From Flavobacteriales bacterium (GTDB lineage Bacteria; Bacteroidota; Bacteroidia; Flavobacteriales_F; PHOS-HE28), in contig JAXLVH010000001.1 of the NCBI GenBank assembly GCA_046329105.1, positions 513,286-577,285 of the forward strand: a stretch of DNA of 64,000 bases, in the 5' to 3' direction. The stretch's first letter is position 1; each line of letters begins with the position of its first letter. This document shows, piece by piece, positions 48,466-56,421 of the stretch. A program made the translations under genes and the position numbers. The notes under the pieces were generated by a model. It was given only the letters and a program-made list of their open reading frames with translations. It was not told the DNA's origin and ran no database searches.

Positions 48466-51400
48466 CAGGGGATCTGCTCCACGCGCTGGTTACTTGGCGT
48501 GCCGGCCCCGACGTTCAGAAGGATGGCGTCCCGGTCGTTGGAGTTGCCCGTGTAGCGCACATGCCCATTGAGGTTGGTATCCTGTGGCAGGTAGCCGGGA
48601 ACCGAATTGTTGGGCGTGGTGCTGCCCACGGTCAGCAGGATGGTATCGCGGTCGTTGCCGTTACCGGTATAACGCACGCGGTGGTCCTGATCGGCATCCC
48701 CGCACCAAAGCAGGGCCTTGTTGCCTTGGATCCTCCGGGCATCAGCCCCCCATACGGCCGTTGCGGGATCGCTGAGGTCTATGGGCTGCATGCCGTTGGC
48801 AACGGGTACGGCGGTGGCCGTCATGGTCCCCAGATGATTGCGGTGCCGGATGCTCACGAAGTAGTTGCCCGCGGGCAGGGCGATACGCGGCGGGAGCACC
48901 CCGTCATGGTCCACCACCGAACCATCGCGTCGCAGCAGTGCCGGGCGCACGAAAAGCACTTGGGCGGGGTCGGCCGCGTCGCGCAATTCAAGGACCACCC
49001 AATCGACGATGGCTTGCGGTCCTGTAACGGCAAGTACCCCAGGGGCGGCCATCTGACCGATCCCCGCGTCGGGAAAAACATACCCCGCCGCCGTGAACGG
49101 CTCGGCATCCGGCACCAGACCCGCACCGCGCAACCCATCGTCCATCAGTTGCTCTTCCTCGTCCCACGGCCCTTGTAGCAGCACGCGGACCGGGAGGCGC
49201 ACACCGTCGAAGACCGTGACGTCATCCACGAAAACATTCTGCCCGCCGATACTGAACAAATTGAACCAGAACTGGCTGATGCGCCCGACCAGCGCGTCAA
49301 CCGGCAGGGCCACCTCATGCCAGACTTCGCATGTCGTTGGCATCCAGGGTTGCCCTGATACGAACCCGCCGCCGTTGGTGGCCAATGCGGCGCCTGCCCG
49401 GTTGAAGAAGGTCGCGGTGTTGACCTGACCGCAGTCATGGCCGTAAACCTGGAGCATTTCGGTGGCGGCCGGGCTCTTGGGCGCATAGCTGTACCGGAAC
49501 TTCAGGTAGGGCAGCGTGGCTTGGGTCAGGTCGATCCGAGGCGTGCTGAGACGGGCGGTGGCGGCCGGCCCATGGTAGGACCATCCGTTCACGAACGCAC
49601 TGGTCTGCGCCCCACATCCCGGAACCGCATCGCCGGACCAGGCCAGTCCTTGCCCCGTGGTGGTAGCCGACCAGCCAGGCGGTGGGAAGCCGCCACCGTT
49701 CATATCCTGCACGAAGGGAAGTGGCTGGCCTCCCGTGACGGTAACCGCGTTGTTCTGGGTGAAGGTGTGCTCGGTGGAGCCATCGGAAACGGTAAGTGAA
49801 ACACTCTTGTATCCGGGGATCATATAGAGCACTGGCGGTGGGTCGGGGCCATCGTACGCCGCTGGCTGCCCTCCCGGGAAGTCCCACGACCACGACACGG
49901 GTGCTCCCGTACTGGTGTTGGTGAAGTCGACATACGACCCGGCGCAGACCACCGCAGGGGCCCGTGTGAATGAGGCGTTGAGCGGTGCGTTCACTTTGAA
50001 CTGCCCCGCTGCGCCCAGGACACCTGCCCAACCACTGGCATCATTCGTGTTGCCCTGACTGATGGTCCATTCGTAACTGCCATTCACCAGGTTGAGCGGT
50101 AGCGAATCATTCTGCCCGGAGTACACGCATTGCACCAGATCCCCACTGCTCCGATCGAAGACCTTGAGGTAGCCGTACGCACTGGGCGGGGCACCGTTGC
50201 GTTGCCACTTGAACATGACGGGCTGGGTGGTCAGCACCGTGTCGTTGAGCGGTTTTTTTGGTGTGGGCGGGACCAACAGCGAATTCCATCCCAGATGCGC
50301 GGGCGTATGCGCGCACAGATCCCATTGCCGCGTGGCGCCACTGCCCGTCCACGTATTCCCTACCATCACACAAGGAGCCATCCCGTTGCATTGGGCGCCT
50401 TGGAAGTTCGCGTTCTGCGTCCCATTGAACGCCCGCGCACAATTGGATGTGCCGCTCCCGGCGTACTCATCGAACGCATGGAAAATGTGCGCGGTCTCGT
50501 GCCCGAACACGCGGTTCACCTGGTCGGTGCCCCATCCGTTGGCCTTGTACAGCAACTGGAGGTACGGACCGCCCAGGTACGCGTATCCGATACGCCCGTC
50601 GGTGAAGGCGGATGAGGCGCCTTGTGCCGGTGGGTTGTACGCGATGAAGCTGCAGTACGAATGCGTGGCGTTCAAGACGAGCCGCTTGGAGGAGTTGAAC
50701 GCGTCGCATGCGGCCAGGTGCCCGGATCCACTGAAACCCAGGTTGCCCATGATCGCGCCGATCCACAGGTGGTCCTCCGTACTCGGATGCAGGACCGGTT
50801 CGTAGGGCTGCAGCGTGGTGCTGGTACCGGGCCCATACAGTTCCAGGACCGCGGTCACCGTGACGCCGTGCTGCTGAGCGGTCCAACTCCAAATACTCCA
50901 AGCGTCCAGGAGTTGCAGTTCAACATCGCTCACAGCTTGTGGGGTCCAGGTGTACTGGTCGGTGTCCACCACCCCGTTGCTCTCTACGAAAAAAGCCCCG
51001 ACGTACACGGTACCGGCCATGTACTCGCTGTTGTAGCTGTTGGAACAGGTCCAGTCGGGTGCGGTTTGCGCTTCGCGATCGCCGCTTTCATGTTCCGCTT
51101 CCGATCGGCTCAGCTGGTGGTCGGGATGACCGTCCCAATCCATCGGGACCCTGGTCGTTAGTGGGTCGAACCGGCCTTCCTCAAGGGCTGCCAGGTAATC
51201 CAACGCCAGGTCTTGTGCGATCGATGATCCGTGGCGGTCGGAGGTTTCCTCTGCCCTGATGATCGCGCCCATCCGCATCAGCATGTCCGTGGATGCATTC
51301 TCCTCAAGAGTGCCGAAGAACACACCGGGGCCTGTGACCACACGCACGTGCATGCCCGCATCCCGGATCCTGTCCAACTGGGCCACGCTGCTCGCGAGGT

Positions 51401-51503
51401 CCGGTGCTGTGGTAACGAGCACGACCGGTTCCTGGAACGACCCGAGAAGAAGCCCCGAGAACAGGAGGCCATAGACCATCAGGATCGATCGTGAAATGAA
51501 CAT
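48465..51503 (-). CDS. large secreted zinc metalloprotease (zincin HExxH...DEY) with a PKD-like domain
   Basis: MFISRSILMVYGLLFSGLLLGSF is a signal. FGHETAHIFHAFDEYAGSG is an HExxH motif followed by a downstream Glu. PKD-like unit (WSWDFPGGQPAAY...SVSLTVSDGS). ~1012 aa. Confidence 0.65.
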   Translation of the reverse strand: MFISRSILMVYGLLFSGLLLGSFQEPVVLVTTAPDLASSVAQLDRIRDAGMHVRVVTGPGVFFGTLEENASTDMLMRMGAIIRAEETSDRHGSSIAQDLALDYLAALEEGRFDPLTTRVPMDWDGHPDHQLSRSEAEHESGDREAQTAPDWTCSNSYNSEYMAGTVYVGAFFVESNGVVDTDQYTWTPQAVSDVELQLLDAWSIWSWTAQQHGVTVTAVLELYGPGTSTTLQPYEPVLHPSTEDHLWIGAIMGNLGFSGSGHLAACDAFNSSKRLVLNATHSYCSFIAYNPPAQGASSAFTDGRIGYAYLGGPYLQLLYKANGWGTDQVNRVFGHETAHIFHAFDEYAGSGTSNCARAFNGTQNANFQGAQCNGMAPCVMVGNTWTGSGATRQWDLCAHTPAHLGWNSLLVPPTPKKPLNDTVLTTQPVMFKWQRNGAPPSAYGYLKVFDRSSGDLVQCVYSGQNDSLPLNLVNGSYEWTISQGNTNDASGWAGVLGAAGQFKVNAPLNASFTRAPAVVCAGSYVDFTNTSTGAPVSWSWDFPGGQPAAYDGPDPPPVLYMIPGYKSVSLTVSDGSTEHTFTQNNAVTVTGGQPLPFVQDMNGGGFPPPGWSATTTGQGLAWSGDAVPGCGAQTSAFVNGWSYHGPAATARLSTPRIDLTQATLPYLKFRYSYAPKSPAATEMLQVYGHDCGQVNTATFFNRAGAALATNGGGFVSGQPWMPTTCEVWHEVALPVDALVGRISQFWFNLFSIGGQNVFVDDVTVFDGVRLPVRVLLQGPWDEEEQLMDDGLRGAGLVPDAEPFTAAGYVFPDAGIGQMAAPGVLAVTGPQAIVDWVVLELRDAADPAQVLFVRPALLRRDGSVVDHDGVLPPRIALPAGNYFVSIRHRNHLGTMTATAVPVANGMQPIDLSDPATAVWGADARRIQGNKALLWCGDADQDHRVRYTGNGNDRDTILLTVGSTTPNNSVPGYLPQDTNLNGHVRYTGNSNDRDAILLNVGAGTPSNQRVEQIP

Positions 51504-51655
51504 ACCGGGGAAAAGGGCATCGAAAGTAGGCCGATCCAGGGATCCCGAAGGCCCACGCCAGGGTCCTTTTTCCCCTCCCCGGATCCGAAGTGTGAGGCCC
51601 GGATATCTTCGCCGCCCGCAAGTCGGAACCGCATGGCCCGACCGGCCTTTCGCTG

Positions 51656-52420
51656 ATGCTGACACTCGACCAGCTCGATCTATCGGTCTTCCTCACGGCC
51701 CACGGCTGGATCCAACTCCTCACCCTCACGGTGCTGGAGATCGTGCTGGGCATCGACAACATCATCGTCATCAGCATCCTCAGCGGAGAACTGCCCAAGG
51801 AACGGCAACGCGGTGCCCGTCGCATGGGCCTGGCCCTGGCCATGATCACCCGCCTGCTGCTGTTGCTCACCCTCAACTGGCTCACCGGCCTCAAGGAGCC
51901 GCTCTTCAGCCTGGGTCCCATCGTCTTCGACGGCCGTTCCATCGTGCTGTTACTGGGCGGCCTGTATCTGTTGTACAAGAGCGCCAAGGAGATCCATGGC
52001 ACGGTGGAACTCGTGGATCATCGCGAGGGCACCCATCGGAAGACCGCCGTGTTCTGGGCCGTGGTGATGCAGATCGTGCTCATCGACATCGTTTTCTCCC
52101 TCGATTCGGTGATCACGGCGGTGGGCATGAGCAACGAGATCCTGATCATGATGCTGGCGGTGATCATCGCGGTGCTCATCATGCTGGTGGCCAGCGATGC
52201 GATCAGCACCTTTGTGAACAAGCATGCCAGCGTGAAGGTGCTGGCCCTGGCCTTCCTCTTCATCGTGGGTGTGGTGCTGGTGCTGGACGGTTTCGCGCAC
52301 CAATGGGCACACGACAATCACATCAAGAACTACGCGTACGGTGCCATGGCCTTCAGCGTGGCCGTGGAAGTGCTCAATCTGCGCATGCGCAAGAACGAGC
52401 GGCGGATGCAAGGGGAATAG
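51656..52420 (+). CDS. TerC family integral membrane protein
   Basis: ...LEIVLGIDNIIVISIL... and ...IVFSLDSVITAVGMS... are duplicated TerC motifs. Confidence 0.8.
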   Translation: MLTLDQLDLSVFLTAHGWIQLLTLTVLEIVLGIDNIIVISILSGELPKERQRGARRMGLALAMITRLLLLLTLNWLTGLKEPLFSLGPIVFDGRSIVLLLGGLYLLYKSAKEIHGTVELVDHREGTHRKTAVFWAVVMQIVLIDIVFSLDSVITAVGMSNEILIMMLAVIIAVLIMLVASDAISTFVNKHASVKVLALAFLFIVGVVLVLDGFAHQWAHDNHIKNYAYGAMAFSVAVEVLNLRMRKNERRMQGE

Positions 52421-52443
52421 GCCGATCCGGGGCTGGCCGGGCG

Positions 52444-53077
52444 TCACCGCAGCAGGAACGCCGCGAGCACCAGCAGCCACTGTATGCCGATGACGATCCG
52501 GAACGCCGTATTGCCCGGCCTGCTCATGCCGTGCAGCGCCTGCACCGCCTTGTCCTTGATGACGCCGCTCAACCGCGTGTCCTCTTGGGTGAAGTCCACG
52601 TCATCAAGGCGCGCCTTCCTGAACGCGAACGCCAGCGCCCTGCGGACCCAGCGGTTGCCCTCCCCTTCCCTTACCTCCTGCAGCAGCCGCAGCCGGGCCT
52701 TCGACGCGTCGGCCACGCGGTCCAGCGCCCGGGAGCGGTTCGCGCTGAAATTCCCGACCACCTTGTCCATCAGCGGGAGGATCGTGTCCTCGCTCTTGTC
52801 CGACACGATCCGGTGGACGACCTTCTTCACCATGTACTTGCCCACCAGGACGACCAGTAGCCAAAAGGAGGCCATGCAGCGGCCGCGCGGCGAACAGCGC
52901 GATGGCGGATGCGCCACCGGACGTGTGCGGCCCGGCCGCACTGCCATCCATGGCCGCGAACAGCACAATGAGGAACGCGCACAAGGCCGTGCTCAATGAG
53001 GCCACCACGTAGAGCTTCACCAGCGTGATGGCCCCCACTGCGGACAGCATGGCGCAATACTTGACCTTGTCCATCAT
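52444..53077 (-). pseudogene. membrane protein gene apparently split by a +1/-1 frameshift near 52875-52895
   Basis: Track ORF 52604..53077 has a TM-like N-terminus (MMDKVKYCAMLSAVGAITLVKLYVVASLSTALCAFLIVLF...) that degrades into Gly/Arg/Pro-rich sequence. Track ORF 52444..52968 has a nonsense N-terminus, then from M (52875) a clean TM and cytoplasmic domain. The two good halves are contiguous across a frame change. Confidence 0.4.
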
Positions 53078-53140
53078 TATTCTGGCCGGGAACGCGAAAA
53101 GGACCGCGCGCCCGTCGCCGTCGAAAGTAGTTGGTCTCCC

Positions 53141-53920
53141 CTACTCCAGGTTGAACCGGAAATGCGCGCACCGCCCATGCGCCTTCTCGATGTGCTGGTA
53201 GTCCTGCGGCCTGGGCCAGCGCCCACCCCACGACCAACCGAGCCCCTTCAGGAATCGCCCGGTATTCGCCCGTGTCAGCGTGCCCGGCCGGGAGGGATCA
53301 TATCTCCCTTGTGGCGGCTGCACATGAACCCCCGACGCACGGTGATGCAGCATCGGGTTCAACAGGGGATTGATATCGATGGAAATTCCAAGACCATGCT
53401 TGGACGGCCTGCCGCTGGTCGGTTTACCGCGGTAGTTGAACGCCGAGGTGTTGTTGTCGGCCATGGAGGCCGCATCGTTCCATCCGGTGCTGTCCGTATT
53501 CAGGCCATACCTGTTGATGGGGATCACCTTGGCGATCGGGAAGGTGTCCGCGAGCATGGCGCGGAAGACGGCCCGTACGTCCTCGGCGATGCAGCTATGG
53601 ACGATGAGGATGCCGGTCCAAGTGCGCGTGGTGTCCACTGTGCCACATGTGCTGTCCGAGAACGTGAAGTACTCCACCTCCAGTGGGAGCAGTTCACCTC
53701 GAACAGCGGGATCCAGGGGGCCGAGCTTGCGTTCGATGATCCGCAGGTCCGCGGCCATACCCGCCGTGTCCATGATCGTGCTGTGCGCACGGATCGCAGG
53801 CTCCGCATCGGGCAGGACGGCCTGCCGTGGGGTGTTCGGCATGTGGTCGGTGGATGAAGTGCGCTCCGGACCGGCGGTCGAACAGCCTGCACCGCACATC
53901 AGGAACAGGACCGCGGCCAT
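53141..53920 (-). CDS. M15 family metallopeptidase (D-Ala-D-Ala carboxypeptidase-like) lipoprotein
   Basis: MAAVLFLMCGAGCS is a lipobox. SKHGLGISIDIN and DYQHIE match the Peptidase_M15 active-site region. Confidence 0.6.
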   Translation of the reverse strand: MAAVLFLMCGAGCSTAGPERTSSTDHMPNTPRQAVLPDAEPAIRAHSTIMDTAGMAADLRIIERKLGPLDPAVRGELLPLEVEYFTFSDSTCGTVDTTRTWTGILIVHSCIAEDVRAVFRAMLADTFPIAKVIPINRYGLNTDSTGWNDAASMADNNTSAFNYRGKPTSGRPSKHGLGISIDINPLLNPMLHHRASGVHVQPPQGRYDPSRPGTLTRANTGRFLKGLGWSWGGRWPRPQDYQHIEKAHGRCAHFRFNLE

Positions 53921-54073
53921 TGAGGGCCAGGCCCATGTGCGCAGAACGCAGAGCCACGTGTGCCCTATCCCACCCTTCCATGCTTGTCCCTGTTCAGCAG
54001 TCCTGCTCATTCGTCAGGTTATCTCCCGGTACGAAAGCTGCTCAGGCCTTCACGCCTATGGGTTGGCCATCCG

Positions 54074-55102
54074 TCACTCGGTGCTGACAAAGTTGTGCTG
54101 CCAGACCCATGCACCGGTCCGCGCATCCAGTGCGCCAATGAAATTCTTGGCGAGCACCGTCAGCCGATCACCGTTGAGGGCCAGATCCATGATCTCGTTT
54201 TCCCGACCATCGGGACGGGTCAGGTCCAATTCCTCCGACCACTTCGAGTCCAAGGTCCTTCCATCCATCAGGTCGATCCGCCATGCGAATCGGTTGCCGG
54301 CCTTGGTCTTCGACAGGATGAATGGTCCGTTCTGGTAGGTTATCGGCTCCATGTCCTTGGTGGCCCCTTGGAACTTGCCGATCATCCCAGGCTCGATGAA
54401 GTCTATCGTGGACGTCACCTTTTCCGCGATGCCGTTGACCCGCTCCTTTTCGCACACCAACCGTTTGCGGTGCTCACCCTCGAAACCGAATTCATATCCA
54501 TGGATCCCGAAGTAGTTGATCCGATCCCATTGTCCATGTCCCGCATGCACCATGCTAACGGTGTCCGGAATGGGCGTGGCCAAACCTGTTGTGGCATCGA
54601 TCGCATAGATCCGTGCATCATCCGCCTGCACGACCAAGCCCTCATAACCATCGGAATTGTGATAATGGCTGTTCGGCTGGAAGACGAGTCCGTTGTTCCT
54701 CCGGGCCAGCGCTTCGGCATCGAGTGCGACCGAACCATCGGCCAGGCTGATCGACCGTAATTCGAATTCGCGGGTCTCTTCGTTCATGATGCGGATCCAG
54801 GCTCTGTCCGGTGTTACTGCGACCAGATCGCAGTTCCCATCGATCTCGTAGGGAGTGGTCGTTCTCAACTGTCCGGATGCGCCCTCGTACACTTCAATGA
54901 AATGCTCCGCGTATCCGGAACGGGTCACGCTGCCGCCCCGCCGACTGTACGAGGTCACATGGAGCACGTTGTACAGACGAACGATGGTGGAGCCATCCGA
55001 CGAGATCATCACCCTATCGGTCTCCGGCGGTTGAGCCCCGATCTCACCACAGGAAAGCGGCAGGACCAAGAACGGAAGCAGGGCTGGCAAGGGTGCTCTC
55101 AT
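54074..55102 (-). CDS. hypothetical secreted or lipoprotein
   Basis: Signal MRAPLPALLPFLVLPLSCG. No recognised domain, possibly beta-propeller-like. Confidence 0.4.
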   Translation of the reverse strand: MRAPLPALLPFLVLPLSCGEIGAQPPETDRVMISSDGSTIVRLYNVLHVTSYSRRGGSVTRSGYAEHFIEVYEGASGQLRTTTPYEIDGNCDLVAVTPDRAWIRIMNEETREFELRSISLADGSVALDAEALARRNNGLVFQPNSHYHNSDGYEGLVVQADDARIYAIDATTGLATPIPDTVSMVHAGHGQWDRINYFGIHGYEFGFEGEHRKRLVCEKERVNGIAEKVTSTIDFIEPGMIGKFQGATKDMEPITYQNGPFILSKTKAGNRFAWRIDLMDGRTLDSKWSEELDLTRPDGRENEIMDLALNGDRLTVLAKNFIGALDARTGAWVWQHNFVSTE

Positions 55103-55108
55103 ACCGGT

Positions 55109-55591
55109 TCACCACTTGAAATTATGCGATGCACCACCCAAAATGAACGTGTACGATCGTGTGGGTAAGCCTTCCGCCTCCACATGCACCAGATTCTGTT
55201 GCTCGGCGAAGACATCCTGTAGCAATGTATTGCCCACAACCAGCCCGTCGGGCGAGGCGACCCCTTCCACCTGCAAGTAGCAATAGAGCGTTTCGCCATC
55301 GAGTTCCTTGCCGATCCATTTCCACACGAGGCGCTTATCCTCCAAGTCGAGCGTCAAGTGCTCGTTGAAGTAGCCGTTCAGCAGGCTGTCGGCCTTGGGA
55401 TGCTCGTTGGCGGAGCCGAGCTTCAGATCCCCTCGGTCCGCTAATACGTGCTCGATGTCGTGCGCCGTGATGCGCCAGGTGAGGTCCAAGGTGTGCGTAT
55501 CCGACTTGTGACGGATGGTGAGAATGGAGACGAAGAAATCGTGCAAGCCAATTGTTCCGAAAAGAAAAAGGGTCAGGAGCGAGAGTTTCAT
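55109..55591 (-). CDS. hypothetical secreted protein (possibly DUF6702-like)
   Basis: MKLSLLTLFLFGTIGLHDFFVSILTIRH... 160 aa. Confidence 0.4.
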   Translation of the reverse strand: MKLSLLTLFLFGTIGLHDFFVSILTIRHKSDTHTLDLTWRITAHDIEHVLADRGDLKLGSANEHPKADSLLNGYFNEHLTLDLEDKRLVWKWIGKELDGETLYCYLQVEGVASPDGLVVGNTLLQDVFAEQQNLVHVEAEGLPTRSYTFILGGASHNFKW

Positions 55592-55607
55592 CTTGGCAAA
55601 GATGGCT

Positions 55608-55790
55608 ACTGGCCGCAGGCTTCAGGCCGCAGGCTTCAGGCCGCAGACTTCAGGCCGCAGGCTTCAGGCCGCAGGCTTCAGGCCGCAGGCTTCGGGCCGC
55701 AGGCTTCGGGCCGCAGGCTTCGGGCCGCAGGCTATTTGCTTCAGGCTGTAGGCCAAAAGCAATAAGCTACAAGCTTCAGGCTATCCGTTA
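55608..55790. repeat. tandem array of a 15-bp unit GGCCGCAGGCTTCAG (about 9 units) plus degenerate tail
   Basis: ggccgcaggcttcaggccgcaggcttcaggccgcagacttcagg..., degenerating to ...ggctgtaggccaaaagcaataagctacaagcttcaggc. Confidence 0.85.
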
Positions 55791-56141
55791 CGGCATTAGT
55801 CTCTTCATAAATGCCATGAGTTTCATCTGGTGCTCAGAATTCACTTTGAGGAGGTGCTCTACCTTGGATCTGGGTGCCCATGGGCGACGAAACAGGACGA
55901 GTGCTTGCGTCTCCAACTCGAAGGAGGACCCGAGGGAAATCTCCATGTAGCGGTATTTTTCCTTCTCACTTCGTCGTGAGTTGCCTTCGGCTATGTTGGA
56001 AGGGATCGAAATGGCTGCGCGGATCGACTGGTTCTTCAATTCCGCGACTTTCTGGTACGGTAGCTCCTCGTACATATCGAAGACGATGTCGGCGATGTCC
56101 ATCCCACGTTGCCAGATCTCAAGCTGCTTGAAGTTCTTCAT
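55788..56141 (-). CDS. four-helix-bundle protein (TIGR02436 / 23S rRNA-IVS protein / Avd-like family)
   Basis: MKNFKQLEIWQRGMDIADIVFDMYEELPYQKVAELKNQSIRAAISIPSNIAEGNSRRSEKEKYRYMEISLGSSFELETQ is the family signature. The gene is visibly lower in GC than its surroundings. Confidence 0.8.
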   Translation of the reverse strand: MKNFKQLEIWQRGMDIADIVFDMYEELPYQKVAELKNQSIRAAISIPSNIAEGNSRRSEKEKYRYMEISLGSSFELETQALVLFRRPWAPRSKVEHLLKVNSEHQMKLMAFMKRLMP

Positions 56142-56184
56142 GGTTCAACGAGTTTCACCGAAGGTCGGGAATGATGGGTTACGG

Positions 56185-56350
56185 GCTACAGGACACAGGC
56201 TTCAGGCCACAGGCCGCAGGCTTCAGGCCGCAGGCTTCAGGCAACAGGCCGCAGGCTTCAGGCCGCAGACCGCAGGCTTCAGGCCAGAGGCTGGAGGCTG
56301 GTGGCTGGTGGCTGGTTGCCAGAGGCTGGTGGCTGGTGGCTGGTGGCAAG
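56185..56350. repeat. second array of the same 15-bp unit in the same orientation, followed by a 12-bp GGCTGGTGGCTG-type repeat
   Basis: ...caggcttcaggccacaggccgcaggcttcaggccgcaggcttcaggcaacaggccgcaggcttcaggccgcagaccgcaggcttcaggccagaggctggaggctggtggctggtggctggttgcc... Confidence 0.85.
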
Positions 56351-56421
56351 AGTCTGATGAACCGCTGGATATGCCACGAAGGGTGCCCCGTAGCCGAAAT
56401 CTGGTGGCGTATTTTGGCCGC

